Assembly (NCBI GenBank): GCA_964388775.1
Contig: CAYMBW010000001.1
Span: 71,317 to 135,316 of the forward strand
Direction of reading: 5' to 3'
Origin: an uncultured Candidatus Saccharibacteria bacterium
Lineage (GTDB): Bacteria > Patescibacteriota > Minisyncoccia > Minisyncoccales > PEYH01
DNA: 64,000 nucleotides
Numbering within the stretch: position 1 is the stretch's first letter; each line of letters begins with the position of its first letter. Made by a program: the position numbers and the translations under genes. The notes under the pieces were generated by a model. That model saw nothing but the letters and a program-made list of their open reading frames with translations, ran no database searches and was not told the origin of the DNA. Below, piece after piece: positions 26,609-36,415 of this stretch.

Positions 26609-26770
26609 AATAATAAAAGACATTTTTGAAATTAGACAAAACGCTTTTTAAGCGTTTTGTTTTTATTTGTTATATTATGAGGCCAGTCCTCTTTACGAGG
26701 CTGGGTCTCTTTGCGTTTTTTGCTTATAATAAAAATATGAGATAAAATTATATAATATGAGCAACTACAT

Positions 26771-27607
26771 ATGAGCAATTACTATGTCGTCAATCTAAAA
26801 GGAGAGAGAGAACCATTTTCTTTGGTAAAAGTTTTGAGAAGCGCAAGGCGCGCCGGCGCTTCAAAGGACTTAGCGCAAAAAGTGGCATTGGAAATAGAAA
26901 AGATTGTTTATCCGGGCATAAAAACCAGTGAAATTTTTAGGAAAGTCCATCAATTTCTCAAAAAAGAGGACAAACAATCAAGTTTGCGATTCAGCTTGAA
27001 GGAAGCGATGAGGAAATTGGGCCCTAGCGGTTTTCCTTTTGAGAAATACATAGGGGAAATTTTCTCCGCGCATAAATACGAGGTCTCGTTAAATCGGAAA
27101 ATAAAAGGAAAATTCGCTCTTCATGAAATTGATTTTTTGGCGCGGAATAAAGAAAAATTATATATTGGAGAATGTAAATTCCGTATTTTTCCCGGAGAAA
27201 AAATTGATTTAGCGATAGTTCTGGCATTTTATGCCAAATTTTTAGACCTCAAGAATGGCAATTATTTTAATCTGCCAAGAAACGTTGTTTTAAAGCCAAT
27301 TTTGGTTACCAACGCAAAATTCAGCTCGCAAGCCATCAGGTACGCCAATGGTATGGAAATTGAGCTTTTGGGTTGGAGACATCCGCCAAGCAGGGGGCTG
27401 GAGTTCATGATTGAGGCGGAACAACTTTATCCCATTACAATTTTACCTTCATTTAAGGGATATTTAATGGAAGCGTGTTCGCAGGCAAGATTGATGTTCG
27501 CCAGAGATATGTTGAAAAGGAGTTCCGGAGAAATTGCCGGAGAGATTGGCATTGACGAGAACAAACTTTCTCCTTTGGTTAAAGAAGCCAAAACATTATT
27601 GGAATAG
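26771..27607 (+). CDS. ATP-cone + Mrr-like PD-(D/E)xK nuclease domain protein
   Basis: 'GEREPFS..KV..SARRAGA'; 'GFPFEKY', 'HEIDF', 'ECKF', 'VTNAKFS'. Confidence 0.8.
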   Translation: MSNYYVVNLKGEREPFSLVKVLRSARRAGASKDLAQKVALEIEKIVYPGIKTSEIFRKVHQFLKKEDKQSSLRFSLKEAMRKLGPSGFPFEKYIGEIFSAHKYEVSLNRKIKGKFALHEIDFLARNKEKLYIGECKFRIFPGEKIDLAIVLAFYAKFLDLKNGNYFNLPRNVVLKPILVTNAKFSSQAIRYANGMEIELLGWRHPPSRGLEFMIEAEQLYPITILPSFKGYLMEACSQARLMFARDMLKRSSGEIAGEIGIDENKLSPLVKEAKTLLE

Positions 27608-27686
27608 CTTGGAAAAAAATTAAAAGACCGTTTTCACGCGGTTTTTGGTTTTACAAAACCATATTTTAAGGTTAAACTGAAAAAAT

Positions 27687-29402
27687 ATGGACAAAGAGGA
27701 ATTAATAGGCCTTGTCAAAAAGGCGATTTTAATAGCTCAAAAAGAAGGCAAACTTCCTGATTTTAATATTGCGGAAATCTCGATAAATTATTCTGAAAAA
27801 AAGGAATATGGAGATTACAATACTCCGATAGCGTTTTCTATTGCCAAACAAATCAATCAGACCCCGGATTCAGTGGCAAAAATTTTGGCTGATTATCTAT
27901 CACAGAAAGAAGAGACAAAATCTGCAAAAGCACAGGGCGGGTTTGTAAACTTTTATCTTACAGATAAAGACCTGCAAGATTCCTTGAAAATTATTTTGAA
28001 ACAGAAAGACAAATACGGCTCCAGCAACAAAGGCAAAGACAAAACAATGGTCATAGATTATTCCGCGCCCAATATTGCCAAGCCGTTTGGAGTCGGTCAT
28101 TTGCGTTCTACAATTATCGGGCAGGCAATCTATAATTTGTATAAATTTTTGGGCTGGAAGTGCATAGGCGACAATCATCTCGGCGATTGGGGAACTCAAT
28201 TCGGTAAACTTATTATTGCAATCAAGAAATGGAATAAAAAGCCGTTAAAAGAATTAACTGTCTTGGATTTGCAGGCATTATATGTTCGGCTCCATACGGA
28301 AGCGGAAACCCAGCCAGAACTTTTAAAAGAATCAAGAGAATGGTTTAGAAAGCTTGAACAGGGAGATAAAGAGGCCCAAGAAATTTGGAAAATATGTGTG
28401 GATATAAGTATGGAAGAATTTAAAAAGATTTATGATATTCTTGGGGTTAAGATAGATGAGGCCTTGGGAGAAAGTTTTTATGAGGATAAAATGAAAGCGA
28501 TAATTGAGAGCGCTAAAAAAAAGGGCATCGCCCAAAAGAGCCGAGGTGCATTAGTAATCGTCTTGCCCGGGATGAATGTTCCTTTAATGCTTTTAAAATC
28601 AGATGGAGCCACTACTTACGAAACAAGGGATTTGGCAACCATCAAATATAGGTTGGAAAAATGGAAACCGGACTTGATTGTCTATGAAGTTGGGGCTGAC
28701 CAACGGTTTCATTTTGAAAAAGTATTTAAGGCAGCAGAAATGCTCGGCTACAGCAAGGGCATTAAGCTCAAACATATTGCCCATGGATTGATTCGCTGGG
28801 AAGATAGAAAATTTTCTACCAGAAAAGGAGACACTATTGCCTTGGAAGAGGTCTTGAACGAAGCGGTCAAAAGAGCCAAAGATATTATTTTAAAATCAAA
28901 AGAAAATCAAGATATCAGCGCTGAACAGAGAGAGCAAATTGCCGAGCAGGTCGGAATCGGGGCGGTGAAATATAATGACTTATCCCGCCAACCGGAGAAA
29001 GATATTATATTTGACTTGGACGATATGGTAACATTGGAAGGTAATTCGGGTCCCTATCTTCAATATACCGCTGTGCGATGCCAAAGCGTTTTGGACAAGG
29101 CCGGCAAAATAAAGAAAGAGACAGGGATTGCTGCTTTAAACCCAGAAGAAAAATCCGTAATATGTCTTTTAAAAATTTTCCCGGAGATTATAGAAGAATC
29201 AGCCAAAACTTTTTCCCCGAATTTGATTTGTAATTTTGCTTTTGATTTGTCTCAAAAATATAATATTTTTTATGAAAAATGCTCAATTTTAAATGCCGAT
29301 AGCGAGCAGAAGAAGCTCCGCCTTGCCATAACCGCTGCGACCAGGCAAGTTTTAGAAAATAGCTTGGAATTATTGGGAATAGCCGTTCCCGAAAAAATGT
29401 AA
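27687..29402 (+). CDS. argS: Arginine--tRNA ligase
   Basis: 'DYSAPNIAKPFGVGHLRST', 'GDWGTQFG', 'FSTRKG', 'GPYLQY'. Confidence 0.97.
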   Translation: MDKEELIGLVKKAILIAQKEGKLPDFNIAEISINYSEKKEYGDYNTPIAFSIAKQINQTPDSVAKILADYLSQKEETKSAKAQGGFVNFYLTDKDLQDSLKIILKQKDKYGSSNKGKDKTMVIDYSAPNIAKPFGVGHLRSTIIGQAIYNLYKFLGWKCIGDNHLGDWGTQFGKLIIAIKKWNKKPLKELTVLDLQALYVRLHTEAETQPELLKESREWFRKLEQGDKEAQEIWKICVDISMEEFKKIYDILGVKIDEALGESFYEDKMKAIIESAKKKGIAQKSRGALVIVLPGMNVPLMLLKSDGATTYETRDLATIKYRLEKWKPDLIVYEVGADQRFHFEKVFKAAEMLGYSKGIKLKHIAHGLIRWEDRKFSTRKGDTIALEEVLNEAVKRAKDIILKSKENQDISAEQREQIAEQVGIGAVKYNDLSRQPEKDIIFDLDDMVTLEGNSGPYLQYTAVRCQSVLDKAGKIKKETGIAALNPEEKSVICLLKIFPEIIEESAKTFSPNLICNFAFDLSQKYNIFYEKCSILNADSEQKKLRLAITAATRQVLENSLELLGIAVPEKM

Positions 29403-29403
29403 C

Positions 29404-32400
29404 ATGGAAATAATTTTTCCTAAAATTGAAGAGAAAATAATAAAGTTTTGGAAAGAAAACCGGATTTTTGAAAAATCCTTGGAGAAAAAAGGAGGAGATT
29501 TTATTTTTTATGAAGGTCCGCCAACGGCCAATGGAAAGCCGGGAGTTCATCACGTTTTAGCGAGAGCGCTAAAAGATATAATCTGCCGTTATCAGACAAT
29601 GAAAGGGAAAAGGGTTTTAAGAAAAGCGGGATGGGATGTGCATGGGCTTCCGGTTGAACTGGAAGTTGAAAAACAGCTTGGATTACGGGATAAGAAAGAC
29701 ATAGAGAAATACGGAATAGCGCAATTTAATAAAGAGTGCAAGAAATCCATTTGGAAATATGCCGGCGAGTGGAAGGACCTTACGGAAAGAATTGGCTATT
29801 GGCTGGATATGGAGAATCCTTATGTCACTTCCGACCCTTATTATATGGAAAGTGTTTTTTATATAATTAAAAGGGTCTGGGAAAAGGGGCTGTTGTATCA
29901 AGGATATAAAGTTCTGCCTTATTGTCCGCGTTGCGGGACCGGGCTTTCGTCCCATGAAGTGGCGCAGGGATACAAAAAAATAGCGGAGAAAGCCATATAT
30001 GTGAAGTTTAAAGTCCAAAGTCCAAAGTCAAAAGTCCAAAGTCCAAAGTCCAAGGTCAAAAATGTAGAGACGGAAGACAATACTTATTTATTGGTTTGGA
30101 CAACAACCCCGTGGACCTTGCCGGCAAATGTGGCCATAGCCGTTAATCCGAAAATTGAATATGTCTTGGCAGAAAAAAATGGAGAGCAATTAATTTTGGC
30201 TAAAGCGAGGCAGGCAGTTTTGGGTGATGATTTTGAAATAATGCAGGAATTTAAAGGAAAGGATTTGGTCGGATTAAATTATGCTCCATTGTTCGACGAG
30301 AGCGTTGTTTCCGCGCAATCAGAAGGAAAGAATATTTATCAAGTTTTGCCGGCGCACTTTGTCACCACAGAGGAAGGAACCGGATTAGTCCATATTGCTC
30401 CTGCCTTTGGTCAGGATGATATGGAACTTATAAAAAGTCAAAATACAAAACCCAAAACAAAAAGTGGCGGAAGCGGAGAATTTCCGATTTTATTACCCGT
30501 GGATGAAAGCGGTAGATTCAGGCCGGAGGTAAAAGAATGGGCAGGGATATTTGTAAAAGACGCTGACCCGTTGATTACGGAACACTTGAGACAAAAGGGG
30601 CTTCTATTTAAGGAAGAAACACATGAACATGATTATCCATTTTGCTGGAGGTGCGATACTCCGCTTTTATACTACGCCAAAAAAAGCTGGTTTATAAAAA
30701 CAACAGCTCTTAAGAATAAATTAATAAGCAATAATCAAAAAATTAACTGGATGCCTTTGCACATAAAGGATGGAAGATTCGGCGAGTGGTTAAACGAGCT
30801 TAAGGATTGGGCTATTTCCCGCGAAAGATATTGGGGCACGCCCTTACCTATTTGGGAATGCCAAAAGTGCGCCGAAAAAATAGTTATTGGTTCAAGAAGT
30901 GATTTATTAAAACAAACATTTACGGCTAACAAATATTTTGTATTAAGGCACGGAGAGGCCGTCTCTAATGTAGAGGATTCGTTTTCTTCTTGGCCGGAGG
31001 GCAAAAAAGCGCCGCTTACTGAAAAAGGAAAAGAACAGCTGAAAAAACAAATACCATCATTGAAAAATAAAAAAATTGATTTAATAATTTCGTCAGATAT
31101 TTTGCGGACTTCGCAAACCGCGGAGATAATGGCAGATGCCCTGGGCGCCCAGGTTGTTTATGATGAACGTTTACGCGAGATAAACACCGGCTTATTGAAC
31201 GGAAGAGCGGTTCAGGAGGGAGTCAAGTACTTTAACCCGGACAATAGTTTGACTCGCGACCAGATTCTTTTGAAAAGATTTGAAGCCCAATTCCCCGAGG
31301 GAGAGAATTATTCAGAGGTAAAATTAAGAGAGCTGGATTTCATAGATGATATTAATAGAAAATATAAGGGCAAAAAGATATTGCTCGTGAGCCACGAGTT
31401 GCCAATTATGATGCTTAAAAGCATTGTCCTTGGTTTGACGAATAAAGAGTTCGTTGATAACGAGGAGGACCTTTCTATCGATACGGGAAAATTTCAGGAA
31501 TTGGATTTTCGTGCTTTTCCATATAATACAGAGGGAGAATTGGATTTTCATAGGCCATATATTGATGAAATAAAATTTGCTTGTCCCAAATGCGGAGGGA
31601 TAATGCAGCGAGTGCCGGAAGTTATGGATTGCTGGCTTGACTCCGGCTCAATGCCATTCGCTCAAGGCCATTGGCCCCTTAATGACCAATTATCAATAAT
31701 CAAAAATCATTTAGCGCCGCCGGAGTTATTCCCTGCTGACTACATCAGCGAGGCGATAGACCAAACAAGAGGATGGTTTTATACTCTTTTAGCGATTTCC
31801 ACTTTATTGGGATTCGGGCCGAGCTATAAAAATGTGATTGTTTCGGGGCACGTGCTGGATGAGAATAGTCAAAAAATGTCTAAATCCAAGGGCAATGTGG
31901 TTGACCCCTGGGAGATGGTGAAGAAATATGGAGCAGACGCTTTAAGATGGTATTTTTATACGGTTAACCAGCCGGGAGACCCAAAATCATTTATTGAAAA
32001 AGATGTTGATAACGCCCTAAAGAAATTCATTCTCACTTTATGGAATTGTCATATTTTCCTCCAGACATACAAGCCCAAAAATTTAGACCTAAATTCGCAG
32101 AGATTAAAGCCAAACAATTTGCTTGACAAATGGATTCTGTCTAAACTTAATGGTTTAATTATGGAAGTAACCGTCAACATTGATGCCTATAATATTACTG
32201 CCGCAGCGCGTCTGATTGAGGATTTTGTCATAAATGATTTGTCCCTATGGCATATTAGACGTTCCCGCAATCGATTGCAGAGACCCAAGGACGCAAAAGA
32301 AGCGGAAGAATCAGCATCTATTTTAGCAGCCGTTCTTACCAATATTTGTAAATTAACTGCGCCATTTATTCCTTTTTTGAGCGAAGAGATTTATCGAGAG

Positions 32401-32982
32401 ATAAATGGAAAAGACAAGAGCGTTCATTTAGCAAGCTGGCCGAAAGCGGATAAGGCGAAAATTAACAAGGAATTGGAAGAAGAAATGAAGGCGATTAGAG
32501 AGATTGTCGCCCTTGGCCTTAAAATAAGGAGCGATGAAGGAATCAAAGTAAGGCAACCGCTCAAAAAACTAAAAATTAAAAATGAAAAATTAAAAGTAGG
32601 GGAAGGACTGATTGAGTTGATAAAAGAGGAATTAAATGTTAAAGAGGTGGAGTTTCAGGTTGATGGAGAAAAGAGTGACAGTTGGGATTTGGAATATGAC
32701 CTTGAAATCACCGAAGAGCTTAAAAACGAAGGGATTATTAGGGACATTATCAGACAGATTCAAAATATGAGGAAAAAATCCGGGTGTAAACCAGAGGACA
32801 GAATTACGATTTATTACTCCGCAATAGGGAGTTTGTCCGGGTTGATGACCGGGAAAAAACAGGAATTATTGTCTCAAGTCGGAGCAGAGGATTTAATTTC
32901 TTCAAAAGAAGACAAGGGACTTAAAATAGAATCAATTTCAAAAATAGACGGTCAAGAGCTTTGGTTGGGCTTAAAATTATAG
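29404..32982 (+). CDS. ileS: Isoleucine--tRNA ligase (type 2) with an inserted histidine-phosphatase domain
   Basis: 'EGPPTANGKPGVHH', 'WTTTPWTLP', 'SRERYWGTP', 'KMSKS'; internal 'LRHGE'. Confidence 0.96.
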   Translation: MEIIFPKIEEKIIKFWKENRIFEKSLEKKGGDFIFYEGPPTANGKPGVHHVLARALKDIICRYQTMKGKRVLRKAGWDVHGLPVELEVEKQLGLRDKKDIEKYGIAQFNKECKKSIWKYAGEWKDLTERIGYWLDMENPYVTSDPYYMESVFYIIKRVWEKGLLYQGYKVLPYCPRCGTGLSSHEVAQGYKKIAEKAIYVKFKVQSPKSKVQSPKSKVKNVETEDNTYLLVWTTTPWTLPANVAIAVNPKIEYVLAEKNGEQLILAKARQAVLGDDFEIMQEFKGKDLVGLNYAPLFDESVVSAQSEGKNIYQVLPAHFVTTEEGTGLVHIAPAFGQDDMELIKSQNTKPKTKSGGSGEFPILLPVDESGRFRPEVKEWAGIFVKDADPLITEHLRQKGLLFKEETHEHDYPFCWRCDTPLLYYAKKSWFIKTTALKNKLISNNQKINWMPLHIKDGRFGEWLNELKDWAISRERYWGTPLPIWECQKCAEKIVIGSRSDLLKQTFTANKYFVLRHGEAVSNVEDSFSSWPEGKKAPLTEKGKEQLKKQIPSLKNKKIDLIISSDILRTSQTAEIMADALGAQVVYDERLREINTGLLNGRAVQEGVKYFNPDNSLTRDQILLKRFEAQFPEGENYSEVKLRELDFIDDINRKYKGKKILLVSHELPIMMLKSIVLGLTNKEFVDNEEDLSIDTGKFQELDFRAFPYNTEGELDFHRPYIDEIKFACPKCGGIMQRVPEVMDCWLDSGSMPFAQGHWPLNDQLSIIKNHLAPPELFPADYISEAIDQTRGWFYTLLAISTLLGFGPSYKNVIVSGHVLDENSQKMSKSKGNVVDPWEMVKKYGADALRWYFYTVNQPGDPKSFIEKDVDNALKKFILTLWNCHIFLQTYKPKNLDLNSQRLKPNNLLDKWILSKLNGLIMEVTVNIDAYNITAAARLIEDFVINDLSLWHIRRSRNRLQRPKDAKEAEESASILAAVLTNICKLTAPFIPFLSEEIYREINGKDKSVHLASWPKADKAKINKELEEEMKAIREIVALGLKIRSDEGIKVRQPLKKLKIKNEKLKVGEGLIELIKEELNVKEVEFQVDGEKSDSWDLEYDLEITEELKNEGIIRDIIRQIQNMRKKSGCKPEDRITIYYSAIGSLSGLMTGKKQELLSQVGAEDLISSKEDKGLKIESISKIDGQELWLGLKL

Positions 32983-32994
32983 TAAAATAAATAT

Positions 32995-33429
32995 ATGGCG
33001 ATTCCTAAATTTTTAAAAACTTTTTTAACTACGGTCAGCTCCAAGCCCCAGTCATCTACGGGGAGTTTTGGCGAAAAGCGTGCTCTTGAAGGGGAAATTA
33101 CGAAACGTCTCGGCGGAGACAAGGGGCTTTTCAAGGGGAAGCCCTTTCTAAGGAGACCTGATTTTCGTCGGGCGTTGAAAAAGGCGCCGGAAAGATTCCC
33201 CGGAGTAGTCGGCGGATTTACCGAAAAAGAGAGAGTGGCCCTTGAAGAAGGATTATTCCCGAAAGAGAAATTCGGAGTATATATTACACCCTATGAAGTG
33301 AACCGCCGCTTAAAGAGTTTAAAGAGCGAGATGATACGCGAAAGGGACATAGGCAGAAAACTCGAAACAAGAAAACAAATGCAGTATTTAGAAGCATTAA
33401 AGGGGAAAAAAGAAGAAAATGAGAAATAA
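32995..33429 (+). CDS. Basic hypothetical protein
   Basis: ORF tightly packed within the operon. Confidence 0.6.
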   Translation: MAIPKFLKTFLTTVSSKPQSSTGSFGEKRALEGEITKRLGGDKGLFKGKPFLRRPDFRRALKKAPERFPGVVGGFTEKERVALEEGLFPKEKFGVYITPYEVNRRLKSLKSEMIRERDIGRKLETRKQMQYLEALKGKKEENEK

Positions 33430-35056
33430 AATATTGCTTATTATCATAGTCGCCTTTTTTATTTTAGGAGCAGTTGGCTATTGGCTCTATCAAAGAAACG
33501 ATTATTCTAAAGAGGTTTTACGGGTGGACATTTTGGGACCGGATTCCGCTTCCGCAGGACAACAAGTGGAATACACCGTAAGGATTAAAAATAACGGTGA
33601 TGTTCGTTTAGAAGAACCTCGTCTTATTTTTGAATTTCCAAATACTGTTCAGCCGATGAATGGCGAGGGATTAAGAGTAACGAAAGAAAGCGATGCGTTC
33701 GATGATAGGGCAATATACCCCGGACAAGAAAAAACTTTCCGTTTCCAAGCGATAATTTTTGGGAAACAGGGAGAGCTGAAAGAGGCAAAAGCGACGGTTT
33801 CTTACCATCCAAAAAACATCAAAGCAACATATGTTTCGAGAACCAGCCAGCTGATGACTATCAATGATGTCCCCTTGACTTTTGAATTTGATATTCCTTC
33901 AAGTTTGGGAGGAGGGCAGGAATTGGATTTTTCCTTAAATTATTTTTCCAGCATTGATTATCCTTTGTCTGATTTACAGATTAAAATCACTTATCCTTCG
34001 GATTTCTCTCTTAAAGAAACCGACCCGAAGGGGCTCTCTGATATTGAGTGGAGCATCCCTTTGTTGAATAAGGCAGAAGGCGGAAGAATTGATATAAAGG
34101 GGAGTTTGTCAGGAGAGGTCGGTTCAACAAAAATATTTAAAGCCGAGCTTGGGATGTGGAAAGACGGCAATCTCATAGTTCTTAAAGAAACGGCAAAACA
34201 GGTAAAAATCGTAGAGCAGTCGTTGTATATTACCCAGATAATTAATGGTTCTCCCGAGTATGTCGCTAACCCGGGAGACCTGCTCCATTACGAAATTGCT
34301 TTTAGGAACATAGGGAGTTCTCCCCTACAGAATTTGTTTTTGGCCAGTAAGCTCAATAGCCAATTATTTGATTTCGGGACTATTAAAACGCCCGACGGCC
34401 AAACGCAAACGGGCGATAACTCCATAATTTGGGACTGGCATAAAATTCCCAAACTGCAGTTTTTGGATGCCGGGGAAGAGGGCTTGGTTGAGTTCTGGGT
34501 TGAATTAAAAAGAGAAGCAGAAGGAATGAGCAGCGCCAAGATAGAGAGTGAAATTATTCTGGGACAAGCAAGAAGAAAATTTGTTAATAAGGTTAATGCC
34601 AATGTGGAGCTTGCTCAAGATGCCTTTGTGGACGATGAGATTTTTGGCAGTCAGGGCAATTTCCCGCTTACAATTGATAAAGAAAGCAATTTTACCGTTG
34701 TTTGGAAAATAAAAAATTACTATAACCCGGTTAAAGGCGCTAAGGTAAGGGCGGTTCTGCCGGCAGGCATTAGTTTGACCGGACAAATAATACCCCAGAA
34801 ACTTAGTTTTGACCCGGAGACAAGAGAAATAATTTGGACGGCCGGTGATTTGCCGGCTAATCAAGGGATAAATGAACCGCTTCAGCTCGCTTTTCAAGTT
34901 AAATTAAAACCAAATGCCAGTCAGCAAGGAAATTTTGTTGAGTTGGTGAAAGATACGGTGTTTAGCGGACTTGATGAGTGGACCGAGAAGGACCTGCAAA
35001 CAGGGCCATCACTTTTAACTACTGAAGCTTTTGGCGATAACGGAAAAGTAAGATAA
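33419..35056 (+). CDS. Membrane-anchored protein with repeated Ig-like (DUF11-like) domains
   Basis: N-terminal TM; 'GQQVEYTVRIKNNG', 'PGDLLHYEIAFRNIG'. Confidence 0.7.
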   Translation: MRNKILLIIIVAFFILGAVGYWLYQRNDYSKEVLRVDILGPDSASAGQQVEYTVRIKNNGDVRLEEPRLIFEFPNTVQPMNGEGLRVTKESDAFDDRAIYPGQEKTFRFQAIIFGKQGELKEAKATVSYHPKNIKATYVSRTSQLMTINDVPLTFEFDIPSSLGGGQELDFSLNYFSSIDYPLSDLQIKITYPSDFSLKETDPKGLSDIEWSIPLLNKAEGGRIDIKGSLSGEVGSTKIFKAELGMWKDGNLIVLKETAKQVKIVEQSLYITQIINGSPEYVANPGDLLHYEIAFRNIGSSPLQNLFLASKLNSQLFDFGTIKTPDGQTQTGDNSIIWDWHKIPKLQFLDAGEEGLVEFWVELKREAEGMSSAKIESEIILGQARRKFVNKVNANVELAQDAFVDDEIFGSQGNFPLTIDKESNFTVVWKIKNYYNPVKGAKVRAVLPAGISLTGQIIPQKLSFDPETREIIWTAGDLPANQGINEPLQLAFQVKLKPNASQQGNFVELVKDTVFSGLDEWTEKDLQTGPSLLTTEAFGDNGKVR

Positions 35057-35061
35057 AAAAT

Positions 35062-36384
35062 ATGGATTTAATGCAAAAAATCATATCTCTTTCAAAACGC
35101 CGGGGATTTATCTTCCCCTCTTCGGAAATTTACGGCGGATTCGGGTCCAGTTATGATTTTGGCCCCTTAGGAGTGTTGTTGAAAAACAACATCAAAAAAG
35201 CGTGGTTGGGTGAAATGCTCAAGAAACAAGATAATATTGTCGGACTTGACGCAGCCATTTTAATGTCGCCGAAAGTTTGGGAGGCCTCCGGTCACCTTAC
35301 GGCGGGATTCGCCGACGAATTGGTGGAATGCCTGTCCTGCCACAAAAGATTTCGCGTAGATGAGATTAAAAAGGATAAATGTCCGGAATGCGGAGGAAAG
35401 CTTACAAAGCCGAAGCAATTTAATTTAATGATGAAAACATTTGTCGGTTCTCTTGAAGATGAAAGCGCGATTGCTTATCTGCGCGCCGAAACCTGTCAGG
35501 GAATCTACATTAATTTCAAAAATGTTCTAAATTCCGGACGGCTGAAACTGCCGTTCGGCATCGCCCAAATCGGAAAATCGTTTCGCAACGAAATTACTAC
35601 CAAGAATTTTATTTTCCGGATGAGAGAATTTGAGCAAATGGAGATGCAGTGGTTCTGCCATCCCAAGGAGGCGGATAAATGGTTTGAGTATTGGAAAGAG
35701 CAACGGCTTAATTGGTATTTTGATTTAGGTGTAAAAAAGGAAAACTTAAAATTATTGGAAGTTCCCGAGGGCAAAAGAGCGCACTATGCCAAAAGACAAA
35801 TTGATTTGGAATATAATTTTCCATTCGGCTGGCAGGAGATTGAAGGTATCCATAACCGCGGGGATTGGGATTTATCCCAGCACCAGAAACATAGTGGTCA
35901 GGATTTGAGCTATAAAGACCCGGTAACAGGAGAAGAATATATTCCTCACATAATTGAAACATCGGCGGGAGTTGAAAGGAGCTTTCTGGCATTTTTCACG
36001 GAAGCGTATCAGGAAATTTCAGGGGGAAGGACAGAGACCACGGAAGCAACCAAAGAAGAAGAAATATTGCTGAAGCTTGATAAAAAATTAGCTCCGATTA
36101 AAGTGGCGGTTTTGCCTTTAGTTAAAAACAAGCCGGATATCTCCAAGAAAGCCAAAGAGGTTTATCAGCTTATTAAGCCCCGTTTTATGGCGCGATATGA
36201 TGAATCCGGTTCTATCGGCAGACGATATCGCCGGCAGGATGAAATAGGCACGCTTTACTGCGTCACTATTGATTTTGATACCTTAGACGATAATGATGTC
36301 ACTGTCAGAGACAAAGACACAATGAAGCAAAAAAGAGTGAGAATAGAAAAACTTTTAGATTACCTCGCCGAAAAATTAAATTGA
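35062..36384 (+). CDS. glyQS: Glycine--tRNA ligase (alpha2, eukaryote/archaea type)
   Basis: 'RRGFIFPSSEIYGG', 'LRAETCQG', 'FRNEIT', 'SIGRRYRRQDEIG'. Confidence 0.96.
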   Translation: MDLMQKIISLSKRRGFIFPSSEIYGGFGSSYDFGPLGVLLKNNIKKAWLGEMLKKQDNIVGLDAAILMSPKVWEASGHLTAGFADELVECLSCHKRFRVDEIKKDKCPECGGKLTKPKQFNLMMKTFVGSLEDESAIAYLRAETCQGIYINFKNVLNSGRLKLPFGIAQIGKSFRNEITTKNFIFRMREFEQMEMQWFCHPKEADKWFEYWKEQRLNWYFDLGVKKENLKLLEVPEGKRAHYAKRQIDLEYNFPFGWQEIEGIHNRGDWDLSQHQKHSGQDLSYKDPVTGEEYIPHIIETSAGVERSFLAFFTEAYQEISGGRTETTEATKEEEILLKLDKKLAPIKVAVLPLVKNKPDISKKAKEVYQLIKPRFMARYDESGSIGRRYRRQDEIGTLYCVTIDFDTLDDNDVTVRDKDTMKQKRVRIEKLLDYLAEKLN

Positions 36385-36415
36385 ACCCACGGGCTTTGGA
36401 AAAATTAAGAGAAAA

